Notes: generated by a model from the letters alone, not told the origin. Numbered from the stretch's first letter, positions 28,402 through 39,107 are shown. The stretch is DNA of 64,000 nucleotides from Candidatus Micrarchaeota archaeon (GCA_043827025.1 JBDRPL010000032.1:45870-109869); one strand, 5' to 3'. Program-made: numbers and translations.

Positions 28402-29310
28402 TCAGAGATTAACCTTCAACCCAAGCTCTTTCTTGAGTTCGCGGTATCTGTTCCTGATTGTAACCTCTGTCACACCAGCAACATCTGCAACTTCCTTCTG
28501 CGTTCTCTTTTCACCGAAGATTGCGCTTGCTATGTAAAGAGCAGCTGCTGCAACACCTGTTGGGCCACGACCAGAGATTAATCCTTTCTTCAATGACTTC
28601 TTTATCAGCTTGACTGCCTCTTCCTGTACGTCTCCGCCCAATCTCAATGCTGTTGCGAATTTTGGAACGTATTGCGCTGGATCAGTGAGCGGAACTTGGA
28701 CATTCAGTTCGCTTTTCAAGAATCTGTAGGCTCTTCCTATCTCTTTCTTTTCTATTCCGGATGATTTTGCTATCTCATCAAGTGTTCTTGGGATGCCCTG
28801 TATCCTGCAAATTGAATAAATTACTGCTGCCACAACTGACTCAATCAGCCTTCCTCTGATCAATTCTTCCTTCACGGCTCTCCTGTAAAGAAGTGCTGCG
28901 CTTTCCTTGATGTTTTCAGGAAGCCCAAGGGAAGATGCCACCCTGTCCAATTCAGCCAATGCTATAACAAGGTTTCTTTCCATTGATGTTGCAATTGACA
29001 CTCTCTTATGCCACTTCCTCATCCTGTAAAGCTGTGCCTGTTTTTTTGGCGAGATCTTTCCACCTCGAATATCTTTGTTGTACTGGTCGATTTCTGTCAC
29101 AAGGCCTTTATTTGGCCTCATGTATTTTATCGGAGCTCCGCCCCTTGCTCTTTTTCCTTTCTGTTCTGCGTCGAAGGCTCTCCATTCAGGGCCTTGGTCA
29201 TGTATATTATCTGCAACTATAAGGCCGCATTCTGCGCAAATGACTTCTCCTTTTTCATAATCCTTTACCAATCGTTTGCCTTTGCATTCCGGACATTTTT
29301 CAGTTACCAT
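28402..29310 (-). CDS. tfb: Transcription initiation factor IIB
   Basis: CPEC/CAECG Zn ribbon, GPEWRAF, cyclin repeats, VTEVTIRNRY. Confidence 0.97.
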   Translation of the reverse strand: MVTEKCPECKGKRLVKDYEKGEVICAECGLIVADNIHDQGPEWRAFDAEQKGKRARGGAPIKYMRPNKGLVTEIDQYNKDIRGGKISPKKQAQLYRMRKWHKRVSIATSMERNLVIALAELDRVASSLGLPENIKESAALLYRRAVKEELIRGRLIESVVAAVIYSICRIQGIPRTLDEIAKSSGIEKKEIGRAYRFLKSELNVQVPLTDPAQYVPKFATALRLGGDVQEEAVKLIKKSLKKGLISGRGPTGVAAAALYIASAIFGEKRTQKEVADVAGVTEVTIRNRYRELKKELGLKVNL

Positions 29311-29442
29311 CGCATTACCTCTTTTTCTTTTCCATAACAAGTAGATTTTTAAACTTTCTTATAAATTAGCAACACATCCTATTTATATATGTTTCTGTTG
29401 GTTGGTGGTATATTTACGTTGATTGCCGTATATTCCCAGATG

Positions 29443-30708
29443 TTAAATTTTCAGCCCTTCAAATGACTTTTCGACTTTGGCTATGGCTTCCTTTTCGTCG
29501 ACAGTCACTATCTTTTTGTCTTTCATAACTGGTTTTCCATTTATGATCACGTCGTTCACGTTTCCTGGATTTGTAGAATATATGATGTTTGCCTTTATGT
29601 TTTCCATAGGCCTCATATTTGCCATGCCTGCGTCAAGCAATACGATGTCCGCAAGTTTTCCTGGCTTCAGTTCGCCTGCGTTTATGCCAAGAGCCTTAGC
29701 ACCGTTCTTTGTTGCGAAATCGAACACTGTGTCCACGCTTAAAGTATTTGCTTTCCAGTACCTGTGTTTTTGCAATAATGATGCGAGCTTTACGGATTCA
29801 AACATGTTAAGCGAATTGTTGCTTGCAGCGCCGTCCGTTCCTATGCATACGTTCGCGCCATGCTCACAGTATTCTGATGTTGGGCATATCCCTCCGCTTG
29901 CCAGCTTCAAATTGCTTATTGGGCAAGTTGCTATGTTTGCCTTTCTTTTGCCTGCCAACTTAATTTCTTTTGTTGTTGCCCATGAGCCGTGTGCAATTAT
30001 CGTATCCTGATCCAGGATCCCAAGTACATCCAAATACTCAAAGGGGTATTTCTTATGCTTGTTCAGGCAGTCGAATATCTCTGTCCGTGTTTCTGATAGA
30101 TGGATGTGATACTTCAATCCTTCCTTTGTTGCAAATTCTTTAAGTTTGACAAGCATCTCTTCTGAAGTGGCGTATATTGAATGGGCAGACATTATGGGTG
30201 TGATAAGTTCACTTTTATTTTTCCATTTCTTTGTAAATCCAGTAGCCTCCCTGTACTCGTCTTCGAATTTTTTGTGCGGAAGCCCGTCAAGCGTTCCTCT
30301 TGCAATTGCACCTCTCATTCCTACGTTTCCGCATGCTTTGCAGATTTCATCCATTCCTGTTATGTACATTTCATTGAAAGTCGTTATCCCTGAGCGTATC
30401 ATCTCGCACATTCCAAGAACAGAGCCCCAGTATACATCATTTGGCTTCAATTTGGCTTCAGCTGGCCATATTTTATCATTGAGCCATCTGTCTAATGGCA
30501 GTCCTTCACCATAGCCTCTGAATAAGGTCATAGGAACATGAGTATGGGCATTCATAAACCCGGGCATTGCTATCTTGCCCTTAGCATCAATTGTTTCGTC
30601 AGCCTTCTTTTTTAGGTTCTTGCCAATCTCAGATATCAAATTGTCTTCTACGTAAATGTCCATTTCTACTTTGTTCAGCATTGTTGCATTCTTGATAAGA
30701 AGGCTCAT
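29443..30708 (-). CDS. Amidohydrolase, MTA/SAH deaminase-like
   Basis: NAHTH, HIHLSET, CPISNLKLASG and GTDGAASNN motifs. Confidence 0.88.
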   Translation of the reverse strand: MSLLIKNATMLNKVEMDIYVEDNLISEIGKNLKKKADETIDAKGKIAMPGFMNAHTHVPMTLFRGYGEGLPLDRWLNDKIWPAEAKLKPNDVYWGSVLGMCEMIRSGITTFNEMYITGMDEICKACGNVGMRGAIARGTLDGLPHKKFEDEYREATGFTKKWKNKSELITPIMSAHSIYATSEEMLVKLKEFATKEGLKYHIHLSETRTEIFDCLNKHKKYPFEYLDVLGILDQDTIIAHGSWATTKEIKLAGKRKANIATCPISNLKLASGGICPTSEYCEHGANVCIGTDGAASNNSLNMFESVKLASLLQKHRYWKANTLSVDTVFDFATKNGAKALGINAGELKPGKLADIVLLDAGMANMRPMENIKANIIYSTNPGNVNDVIINGKPVMKDKKIVTVDEKEAIAKVEKSFEGLKI

Positions 30709-30759
30709 GACTTTGATTTGCTCAATATAAATTTAAAACATTGCATGCTTATCTTCAGC

Positions 30760-31668
30760 ATGTCTTCAATTACATGCTCAGGCTCGATTGCATTGGATAT
30801 CACCAGGACTCCTTTCCATATTGCAGAAATGGTTTTGGGCGGAGCAGCATCCTATTTCTCGCTTGCTGCAAGCTTCTTTGCGCCTGTTTCAATTTCAAGC
30901 ATTGTTGGCACTGATTTTCCAAATGAGCATTGGGAAATTTTCAAGCAAAGGAATATTGATACAAGCGGGGTTGAGATAAAGGCAGGCAAGACATTTCATT
31001 ATGATTCGAGCTTTTCCTATGACCTTTACAAAAGAACCACTCTCAAGACAGAGTTGAATGTTCTTGGGGGTTTCAAACCTAAATTATCTGACACTGCAAA
31101 ACAATCAGAATTCCTTTATCTTGCAACGATGCCTCCTGAAACCCAGCTGGATGTCCTGAAGCAATCAAAATGCAAGCTTTCTTTCTTGGATACCATTCAG
31201 TTTTACATAGAGGGAAGCAGGAGCGCATTGCTTGAGGTCATGGCAAAAGTTGATGGCATAGTCCTGAATGATGATGAAGGTAGAATGCTTTCAAATGAAG
31301 TGAATCTTGTGAAGGCTGGAAAGAAGATTCATGCGCTTGGACCAAAGATTGTTATTCTAAAGAAGGGCGAGCATGGCAGTCTCCTGTTTTTCGACAATAA
31401 TGTTATTCCATTTCCCGCATTTCCGCTGGAAGACCTCAAGGATCCTACAGGTGCAGGGGATGCATTTGCAGGCGGATTCGTAGGCTCATTGGCTGCGCAA
31501 GGTGTGGACAAAAAACTAGGTTTAGGCAATCTAAAAATCGCAATGGGCTACGGAAATGTCATGGGCTCGATTGCAGTAGAGGACTTTTCGGTCCATAATC
31601 TGGATAAGATTAGCATGAAGGAAGTTGAAAATAGGTTCTGGGATTATTGTGAGTTGCTGAAGATTTAG
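30760..31668 (+). CDS. PfkB-family sugar/nucleoside kinase
   Basis: GSIALD, LGGAA, KKGEHG and DPTGAGDAFAGG motifs. Confidence 0.92.
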   Translation: MSSITCSGSIALDITRTPFHIAEMVLGGAASYFSLAASFFAPVSISSIVGTDFPNEHWEIFKQRNIDTSGVEIKAGKTFHYDSSFSYDLYKRTTLKTELNVLGGFKPKLSDTAKQSEFLYLATMPPETQLDVLKQSKCKLSFLDTIQFYIEGSRSALLEVMAKVDGIVLNDDEGRMLSNEVNLVKAGKKIHALGPKIVILKKGEHGSLLFFDNNVIPFPAFPLEDLKDPTGAGDAFAGGFVGSLAAQGVDKKLGLGNLKIAMGYGNVMGSIAVEDFSVHNLDKISMKEVENRFWDYCELLKI

Positions 31669-32540
31669 GCTTCGTATTCTGTTTCTCTCATATCCCATTC
31701 TCCGTTTTCTAGCCTTTTTATTCTTGTTTCGCGGTTTATTACTACAATTTTTCCCTTCGGACTAGCCTTTGCCTGCAATATCCTTGCGTAGCTTTCTATT
31801 CGCAAGAAACTTTGCCTTATCTCTTCAACCATTGCTGCAGCAGATGCAAATGCTTCCAAGTTTATTTTTTCTGGTGAATATGTTGCACAGGACATCCCTT
31901 CTGTTAAATATAGCGGCATAGTCGAGGCTATTCTCCCGGAACTTCGTACCTCAAGCCCAAAGTCAGAAATTTTCCAACTTCCATCTCGATTCGTTTTCAA
32001 TTGTTCAGGATATCCTAGCAACTGATGAAACCACATACCCTCTAGATTAGAAATCGATTCTTGAATTGCAGGAATTATTTCCGTTGGTTCAACCCTTGTA
32101 TTAAAGAAGTTGGATAATATCTTGGAAGTTATTCGAGGATCATAAACGACAAATACTTTCTCTTGTTTTTCTTGCCCATCATTTACTTTTCCTATTTCAA
32201 GACCAGCCACCCTCAACCCTCCAGGGTGAATCTTTCTAAACAGTTTCTCTTGCCTATGCTCAATGATTGTCAATGGTTTTATTCCAAGAAGCGTGAATGC
32301 AAGATCTAATGGGTATTCCTGCACCAAAACATTCACTAGCTTTACAGGAAGCGATGCCTTCCAAACCATTGACCCATCTCTTTTCATTACTAAGGATGCA
32401 GGATCTGGCCTGCCAGATTGTGTTTCCTTAATCAACCAATAAGAAGTATCAAAATGTTTCATTCTCTCTTCGACATGTGGAAAATGGGGGGCAAGCCTTT
32501 CTTTGACAAGTGATTTGCATGTTTCCTTATGTGTCGCCAT
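31665..32540 (-). CDS. Hypothetical protein
   Basis: 291-aa ORF with a TATA-like box upstream; no family recognised. Confidence 0.65.
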   Translation of the reverse strand: MATHKETCKSLVKERLAPHFPHVEERMKHFDTSYWLIKETQSGRPDPASLVMKRDGSMVWKASLPVKLVNVLVQEYPLDLAFTLLGIKPLTIIEHRQEKLFRKIHPGGLRVAGLEIGKVNDGQEKQEKVFVVYDPRITSKILSNFFNTRVEPTEIIPAIQESISNLEGMWFHQLLGYPEQLKTNRDGSWKISDFGLEVRSSGRIASTMPLYLTEGMSCATYSPEKINLEAFASAAAMVEEIRQSFLRIESYARILQAKASPKGKIVVINRETRIKRLENGEWDMRETEYEA

Positions 32541-32562
32541 ATATGTATTTATGCGAATATGT

Positions 32563-33012
32563 TTATTTAAATCTATCTACTTTTTTTATGTGTTCCAGCA
32601 TATCTTTTATGTTGAATACTTTTTCTCTAATCGAGGGTATCATAAGAAAATCGTTTTTGTTTTCTGTAATTATATATTGGGCCCCAGCTTCAATTGCAGT
32701 AGCTGCAATCGCAGCGTCCTGAAAGCAGACTGGTTTTTTATTCGACATCAAAAAAGCAAGTATTTCGCCAGTCCGTTCAGCAATCACTCCATTGAAGTTG
32801 AACCAGTTGAATTGCCCAAGCACTAGATTTGCCATTTGTTTTGCATCTTCAAAGTCCTTTCTTAGATATACTCCGGTTATTATTTCCGAGACAGTTATAG
32901 TGCTTATCCAGAGATGTGTGTCTTCTTTTGTTAATTTTTTTATTAATTCGATTGCTTGAGGATTTCCACGGTCTATCTGTACCAGAAAAGAAGTATCAAA
33001 GGTAATATCCAT
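32563..33012 (-). CDS. vapC: VapC-family PIN toxin
   Basis: FDTSFL, TVSE, DAAIAATA and ITEN-DF motifs. Confidence 0.9.
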   Translation of the reverse strand: MDITFDTSFLVQIDRGNPQAIELIKKLTKEDTHLWISTITVSEIITGVYLRKDFEDAKQMANLVLGQFNWFNFNGVIAERTGEILAFLMSNKKPVCFQDAAIAATAIEAGAQYIITENKNDFLMIPSIREKVFNIKDMLEHIKKVDRFK

Positions 33013-33264
33013 TCAGTCACCTGTTATCCCAAGATTCTTGAACCTCTTTGAGGAATCCATGCGTATGGCCTTCAATGTGTTTTCAAAATTTTCCGGTAGG
33101 AAGCTCTGTACCTTGTCCCACACAGAGGGATCTTTTTTTGAAACAAGGATTACGTCATTTACCAGATTCATGACTATGCAGTCTCCCTCGCGTATCCCTA
33201 ATTGGTCTCTAATCTCTTTGGACAAGGTTATCTGCCCGTTTCTTGTTACATATACTTCTGTCAT
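33013..33264 (-). CDS. vapB: AbrB/MazE-family antitoxin
   Basis: VTRNGQITLSKEIRDQLGIREGD; abuts vapC. Confidence 0.9.
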   Translation of the reverse strand: MTEVYVTRNGQITLSKEIRDQLGIREGDCIVMNLVNDVILVSKKDPSVWDKVQSFLPENFENTLKAIRMDSSKRFKNLGITGD

Positions 33265-33270
33265 GACTAT

Positions 33271-33315
33271 TACTATAAATATTAGTATTTATAAATATTA
33301 CTAATTATTCTAGTA
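33271..33315. promoter_or_regulatory. vapBC promoter with two palindromic operator-like boxes
   Basis: TACTA-N7-TAGTA at 33271-33287 and 33299-33315 flanking TTTATAAA at 33288-33295. Confidence 0.65.
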
Positions 33316-33317
33316 AT

Positions 33318-33758
33318 TCACATTTTCGTAATATTCTGGAACGCAATCATTGTCTGTGTCTGTGCGATTTCATCAAATGTACGAAGGAATGTTAGCACAA
33401 ATTTATCAAGCTCATTAACATCCGCTATTCGTATCTTAAGTATCAAATCAAACTCGCCAGTCACTGCTGATCCATCTTCAACCATGTCATTAATCATCAG
33501 TTTGCCAAGGAGCTTCTTATGGTCTGATTTTGGAACTGCCTTTATCAATATATGGGCAACCATGCTTCTGCCTAATTTTGCCTTGTCAATGACTATGGTG
33601 TATTTCTGGATTATTCCATTCGCCTTTAGCTTCGTTAATCGGTGATGGATTGTAGCAATTGGAATGCCTGTTTTTCTTGCTATCTTCTGTATCGAGAGGG
33701 ATGAATTTTCTCTTAAAACGTCCAAAATAGCATAATCTTTCTCGTCAAGTTCATACAT
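33318..33758 (-). CDS. Lrp/AsnC transcriptional regulator
   Basis: LDEKDYAIL, HTH, GII and VTGEFDL motifs; start at ATG 33758. Confidence 0.92.
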   Translation of the reverse strand: MYELDEKDYAILDVLRENSSLSIQKIARKTGIPIATIHHRLTKLKANGIIQKYTIVIDKAKLGRSMVAHILIKAVPKSDHKKLLGKLMINDMVEDGSAVTGEFDLILKIRIADVNELDKFVLTFLRTFDEIAQTQTMIAFQNITKM

Positions 33759-33908
33759 AGTTGAATATATATTCCATAAAGCTTTAATAATATGAGCATT
33801 TTTTGTATGTTTGTATGGCTTTTTATGAAATATGTTTATAAACGGCTGTCCCGCAGCTACTTTCCATAACACAACAGGATGATTGCTGTGAGGGAAAAGG
33901 TGATTTGA

Positions 33909-34655
33909 ATGAAACAAATGAAACTTAGGTTAGAGTCTGGAATAAATGTAATTTATCGTAAATTCGAAAGGCCAGATGCAAGAAAATGCACACAGATCCT
34001 TCTTCAAAACTTCGAACCACTAAGAAGCCGAATCGGTGAAGAAGAATGGCAGAAGCAGATTGGTGACAGATATGGTGAACCTAATCTGCCAAGACTTGCT
34101 GAAGAAAGGGATTATCAGGTAATTACTACGCTTGATGGAGATGTAGTTGGCGTGATGGGTTTTGTAAAATACTCGGAAAAAGAAGGCGAGATTTCAAACC
34201 TATCTGTAGATGAACGTTTCCAAGGAAAAGGCCTTGGCAAGCTTCTGGTGACTATGGGCATATTGCAGAAAATACAAGAAGGTATTGTTGGTTTCTATGC
34301 TCATGCAGGCCAGCAGTCAAGAACAATCTTCATGAAACTTGGCTTCAGTGAGAAAGAGAATATGGGGGAAACTGCTCTTGGCACTACGGTACTTCCTCTT
34401 TTTGCTAATACAAGCACACTATTGCAATCAACGACCGAGCTTCAAGCTAAGTTAGATCGTACCACTGAGGCGGCTCATTCAGAGTTGCGAGAAACAGCAA
34501 CCCAATGTCTTGAAGGTGTAGATGAATTGATAGGGGCATTAAGAGGCAAAATCGATCCATCGGATCTTCGTAATCACCCAAAAAGACAGGAAGATCTGTA
34601 TGGTGCAACAACTTATCTTAGATTTTACGATGAAGCAAGAGCTGCTCAGCAGTAA
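33909..34655 (+). CDS. GNAT acetyltransferase-domain protein
   Basis: LSVDERFQGKGLGK acetyl-CoA motif; FMKLGF. Confidence 0.82.
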   Translation: MKQMKLRLESGINVIYRKFERPDARKCTQILLQNFEPLRSRIGEEEWQKQIGDRYGEPNLPRLAEERDYQVITTLDGDVVGVMGFVKYSEKEGEISNLSVDERFQGKGLGKLLVTMGILQKIQEGIVGFYAHAGQQSRTIFMKLGFSEKENMGETALGTTVLPLFANTSTLLQSTTELQAKLDRTTEAAHSELRETATQCLEGVDELIGALRGKIDPSDLRNHPKRQEDLYGATTYLRFYDEARAAQQ

Positions 34656-34660
34656 TATCT

Positions 34661-35815
34661 TCAGATAAAAACCCTAAACAACAAAAGCAACGTCGGCACA
34701 ATTACTGCGCCCATTAAATTAGTTCTTGGCACTCCAACCTTTATCGTAAGATAGCCAAGAAGCGAACCCAAGGCAAATATTCCCAAACCAAACCATCCGT
34801 CAATTATGAAAACTATTGCCGTCAGGTAAATCACAAGAACCCTGTTCATTTTTGTCATGTTAAACTCTGCCAGTTTTCCAATTTTCTTTCTGAACAGATA
34901 AACCAGCGCACAGGTTACAACTGTACTGAAAAGCATAAGCACAAGAAGGTAATCCAGATTAGCTGTTATATCTACGAATTGATCAAGCCACACAATTCCT
35001 CCAACCCGCGCCTTGCCGAGCGAGCTTGCTGTTGAAAGAGCAAGCACCATTTGGCTTGTTGCAATGGATGAAATTGCAGATAAATATCCAAGGGTGTTCA
35101 TCGGCATAAATATTGTAAGAAAAGTGGCAACCTGCCCTGTTGAGCTTATTCCGGGCAATAAATCTGAAAGCACTCCTCCAACAACTCCAATCAATACGAA
35201 TCGGATATCAAATCCGCTAAGTGGAAGGTCTTTCTGTTCCTTTATTTTCTGGTGCGAATACATCAGAAGCGCAGGAATTGCAAAGAAACCTGTGAACATC
35301 GGGAGAAACGGATCTTCCATCGGGCTATTGAAAGAAGCATAGCCTATTGTTCCTGCAAGCAGAAATACAAAAGCAGACATCACGCGGTTTTTGGACTTTA
35401 GCACGAATATTGCAGACAGCAAAAGCACAATATACTTTATGAACGGAGATATTGCCCCATATATCATCGGGAAGAATCCAAGAGAAAGCGGAAAGATCAC
35501 AATCGAGATAAGCGTTGCCAAGAGTATCGAAAGTATTATTGTCTTAAGTGCAAGCAATCCCTTTCCATCAAGAGTCATCCTGTGGCCAGGAAGAACTGAA
35601 ACAACGCTCCCATCCTCAGGAATCGAAAAGAACAAGGAAGGTATGTAGGCAACAATCATATTCGCAGGCACAAGCAGTATTATCAGGAGATAGAAGTCAG
35701 GTATTTGAAATGAGGATAGGATGGAAATCAGCGTATTCGAATGCAAACCTGGTATCAGACCTGCCAAAATCCCAAGCAGTATTCCAGCGCATATGAAAAT
35801 AAAAAGATTAGACAT
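34661..35815 (-). CDS. TctA/DUF112-family membrane protein
   Basis: GLIPGLHSN, SVLPGH and LPGIS motifs; polytopic. Confidence 0.85.
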   Translation of the reverse strand: MSNLFIFICAGILLGILAGLIPGLHSNTLISILSSFQIPDFYLLIILLVPANMIVAYIPSLFFSIPEDGSVVSVLPGHRMTLDGKGLLALKTIILSILLATLISIVIFPLSLGFFPMIYGAISPFIKYIVLLLSAIFVLKSKNRVMSAFVFLLAGTIGYASFNSPMEDPFLPMFTGFFAIPALLMYSHQKIKEQKDLPLSGFDIRFVLIGVVGGVLSDLLPGISSTGQVATFLTIFMPMNTLGYLSAISSIATSQMVLALSTASSLGKARVGGIVWLDQFVDITANLDYLLVLMLFSTVVTCALVYLFRKKIGKLAEFNMTKMNRVLVIYLTAIVFIIDGWFGLGIFALGSLLGYLTIKVGVPRTNLMGAVIVPTLLLLFRVFI

Positions 35816-37148
35816 AATATGGATTTCCCTTGATTATAGTCATGGTTACTTTCCCTTTGAATTCGATTTCTTCAAATGGCGACCAGCCACATTTTGTTTT
35901 AAGATCCTCTCGTTTCACAGTTGTCTTCTTGCCAAGATCGACGATTGTTAATGATCCCTGGTAGCCAACAGCTATCTTTCCAAATCCTTTTCCATAGCTT
36001 CTATCAAGGAATTTGTTCACGAATTTTCCTGGATTGAAAGAAGTGACGCGTGCAATATCCTTTGGTGTGAACTTGTGCTCTGACATAAGCCATGCTGCAA
36101 TTGTTCCATAAGTATCCAGCTGAGGGGTGCCAGAAGTCCCGTCTATGCAACTTATCTTCTTGCACTCCGCACCATTCTCCTTTTTCATCTTCAAGTAATT
36201 CATTTCTCCGCCGAAGTTCTCGAACTTTTCATCAAGCGTATGAGGTGCATGATCAGTTGCAATAATGTCTATTGTCCCATCTCGAAGAGCTTCAATCAAC
36301 TCTAACCTGTCTTTTTTGGAGCGTATGGAGGGATTTGCCTGTAAATAGGGCCAAAGCTCTGGTTTTGAATTTGTCATTTCAGTGTCAAAATAAAGATAAA
36401 GCGGAGAGACTTCAACAAGTGTCTTAAAACCTTTTTTCCTGTGCTTCTTAATCATCTCAAGGCCATTTCCGCCAATTGGCCAGTGGCACAATTTTGCTTT
36501 CAAATCAAATTCCTTAATCATTTCAAGTACGTATTCAAGTGCAACTTCAACGCATTTTACCGGACGTCGTTGGTCATGAGTTGGTTTGCCTTTATTTGCC
36601 TGTAATATATCATAGTCCTCGACATGGAAACTTATGTGCTTGCCATAATAGTTCTTGAGCGAATTCCTCAGTTCTTTTTTGCTTTTGAAGAATAGTTGCC
36701 CTACGGATGGGCCTGTGAAAACCTTGTATGGAACTTCCTTTTTCGATTTAATTGGTTTGGTGTCAGGCCCTATGCCAGCGTAATTCAGAAAAGTCACAGG
36801 AAGGTTTTTGTGCCTGTTTTTGTGCCATTCAAGCTGTTCAGAAGTTAAAAGAGGATTAGGTGTATTAGGCATTGCGCAACAACATACGACCCCTCCATTT
36901 ATCGCAGCATCATTCGCAGTCTGGTATGTTTCTTTGTAATTTTGCTTTTCTGTTTCATCTTCACGGGCATGGATGTGCACATCGACCATTCCAGGAAAAG
37001 CAATCTCTTTTTCACCAAGTTTGACGTCAGGCTTGCCGATTTTGTCGGCAATCTTTGTAATCCGGCCAGTTTCTTGGCTTATCTCTACCTGTCCATAGAA
37101 CTCGAATTCAGCATTGGCGAACCTGCCTTCGACTATTGTCTTTGACAT
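35808..37148 (-). CDS. pyrC: Dihydroorotase-family amidohydrolase
   Basis: DVHIHARE, MPNT, ATDHAPH and KCGWSPF motifs. Confidence 0.85.
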   Translation of the reverse strand: MSKTIVEGRFANAEFEFYGQVEISQETGRITKIADKIGKPDVKLGEKEIAFPGMVDVHIHAREDETEKQNYKETYQTANDAAINGGVVCCCAMPNTPNPLLTSEQLEWHKNRHKNLPVTFLNYAGIGPDTKPIKSKKEVPYKVFTGPSVGQLFFKSKKELRNSLKNYYGKHISFHVEDYDILQANKGKPTHDQRRPVKCVEVALEYVLEMIKEFDLKAKLCHWPIGGNGLEMIKKHRKKGFKTLVEVSPLYLYFDTEMTNSKPELWPYLQANPSIRSKKDRLELIEALRDGTIDIIATDHAPHTLDEKFENFGGEMNYLKMKKENGAECKKISCIDGTSGTPQLDTYGTIAAWLMSEHKFTPKDIARVTSFNPGKFVNKFLDRSYGKGFGKIAVGYQGSLTIVDLGKKTTVKREDLKTKCGWSPFEEIEFKGKVTMTIIKGNPYYV

Positions 37149-37219
37149 GATTTGGATTAGGGTCGTTTGATTAATAAATTTAACTCTCTATGTGTTCGCC
37201 ATTTTGCATCAAAGGGCCT

Positions 37220-38122
37220 TCACCTTCGCAAATCCAGCCCTATTTTCTTTGTCTCTTTTTGTTCATTCCTTCCCATGTCTAAGTAATTCCCTGTTATCTG
37301 TAGTTCAACTGTTTCTGGGAATTCTCCTTCTTCATCCACATAAAAATAGACATATCCTGTTTTTGTTTCCCCTAACTGGTAATACGAAGTGGTCTCTTTC
37401 AGCTGGCCTTCCCTCCCCCCGTATTTCAATTGGTCTTCATTGACCAAAAGCTTCATTTCTGTAAGGTGGAATGGAAATACTTCGTCTCCCATGTTATTCA
37501 CTTCAAGGTCAATCCTAAGGTATTCCCCTCCATAATACAGCCCTGCGCTCTTGATGCTTACTTCAAAATTACCAACACTCAGCTTTTGATTGAGATCCTT
37601 TTTGTCTTTCTGGTACTGCTCTTCCATCATTTGATTTAATTCTTGATCGCTGTACTTTTGCAGATCATACACCTGTTTTTCCGCAGAGTATTCATTTCCC
37701 TGAAACTTGAGTGTTATCTTTGCATTCACCTTGTCATAAACTGTTTTCTTTATCTTTGAGGCATCTATTTCGAAATTCACCTGGTTTTCGTTTCCAAATT
37801 CTGTCTTCCTCACTTTTCTACTCTCTTCGTATAGGATTCCATCCTTATCCGAGATGCTCAATTCCACGTTTGCATCAGTTCTTACATATCCTTTCTTGTC
37901 ATTGTCATAGATGAGGAAATATACGAAATAATTCGGGTTGCCTGATTTTTTGTAGATATTAAAGGATTGCACTGCCAGGTTGGAGCTTGGATTTGAGATT
38001 GCTCCTTCTTCAGGTGTTGTTACTGTGCTCTTACCTGTCAGCTGTTCTGTATCAAGAATATCCTTGCTGTTGCATCCGAATATGAAGAAACTTATAAGTA
38101 AAATCAGCATTATCTTTTTCAT
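37220..38122 (-). CDS. Exported lipoprotein-like protein
   Basis: MKK-hydrophobic-GC signal; beta-rich polar body. Confidence 0.75.
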   Translation of the reverse strand: MKKIMLILLISFFIFGCNSKDILDTEQLTGKSTVTTPEEGAISNPSSNLAVQSFNIYKKSGNPNYFVYFLIYDNDKKGYVRTDANVELSISDKDGILYEESRKVRKTEFGNENQVNFEIDASKIKKTVYDKVNAKITLKFQGNEYSAEKQVYDLQKYSDQELNQMMEEQYQKDKKDLNQKLSVGNFEVSIKSAGLYYGGEYLRIDLEVNNMGDEVFPFHLTEMKLLVNEDQLKYGGREGQLKETTSYYQLGETKTGYVYFYVDEEGEFPETVELQITGNYLDMGRNEQKETKKIGLDLRR

Positions 38123-38185
38123 AACCCTAATTCACATCATAATCTTTTAAATGTTTCTTCGACATGAATTCAAAAAGAAAAATAA

Positions 38186-38671
38186 TTACATTGGGGCAAA
38201 TCCAGCTGCAAACCACCTTTCTTCTTTTTCTTCTCCTGTCAAATATGTAGTAGATATCTTCTGTGTTTTTGCCGGTTTTGGGTTTACAGCCAACTGGCCT
38301 TTTTCTTCTTGTGTCAAAGTTTCAACAAGAGGCGTTTTTGCAGCTTTAGGATTTACAGTCACAGAGTAGCCCCTTACAGAATAACGCCTAAGCGGTTGTC
38401 CTCCGAATCCTGTTTCAAATGTTTGTCGCGCTCTATGCCCAGTCCACATCGTTCTTTTTTGTGTTTCATCCAAGCCCTTTTTTGTAGGTGCCTCTGTTGT
38501 TCCTTCGGCTCTTTGTCCTGCACTTCTGTAAAAGAAACCACATCCACATCCTTCTGATGCAGATATATGTCTGCTTGCAGCCCCGAAAACCAACTTAGGT
38601 GGGCGAAGAAGCAAGAAGTTGACCTCTCTTCTAACTTGTCCATGTGCTGTTGCTTCTGCCATGCTAATCAA
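38186..38671 (-). CDS. Hypothetical protein
   Basis: 161-aa ORF filling an intergenic gap; no family recognised. Confidence 0.5.
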   Translation of the reverse strand: MISMAEATAHGQVRREVNFLLLRPPKLVFGAASRHISASEGCGCGFFYRSAGQRAEGTTEAPTKKGLDETQKRTMWTGHRARQTFETGFGGQPLRRYSVRGYSVTVNPKAAKTPLVETLTQEEKGQLAVNPKPAKTQKISTTYLTGEEKEERWFAAGFAPM

Positions 38672-38749
38672 GCCCCCACGTTCACTGGATTATCAGCGTA
38701 TTCTTTCAAATAATCCTCTAGCAAAGAATGTTTTTTCTTTTCCATATGA

Positions 38750-38986
38750 TCACCCTAGGCTAAAAGTTGGTGCTGTTTGCACTGCCCGCCAGACTGTCAT
38801 TCTGGAAATTCCAAACATATCTGCTAGTTCTCTCAAGGAGTAGGGATGACTGTAATATAGTTTCAGCATCTCCTGAAGCCTTTGTTCAGTCAGAGAATTT
38901 GGCCTTCCTGCCTTTCTATCAAAATTAGATACATCTACATATTGATTTACTTTTACCTGTGTGCTTTCCGAATTACTGGATTTCAC
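38750..38986 (-). CDS. Small helix-turn-helix DNA-binding protein
   Basis: GRP...YSLRELADMFGISRMTVWR, a resolvase-type HTH pattern. Confidence 0.75.
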   Translation of the reverse strand: MKSSNSESTQVKVNQYVDVSNFDRKAGRPNSLTEQRLQEMLKLYYSHPYSLRELADMFGISRMTVWRAVQTAPTFSLG

Positions 38987-39107
38987 ACCACCCTTTTGTA
39001 GTTTCTTTTTTCATACCTAACACCTCATTTTATTTTTTGCACGTTTTCGTGCTTGTTTATGATTAATGCAGGAAAATATTTATAAATAAGTGTCACAAAA
39101 TTAATTT

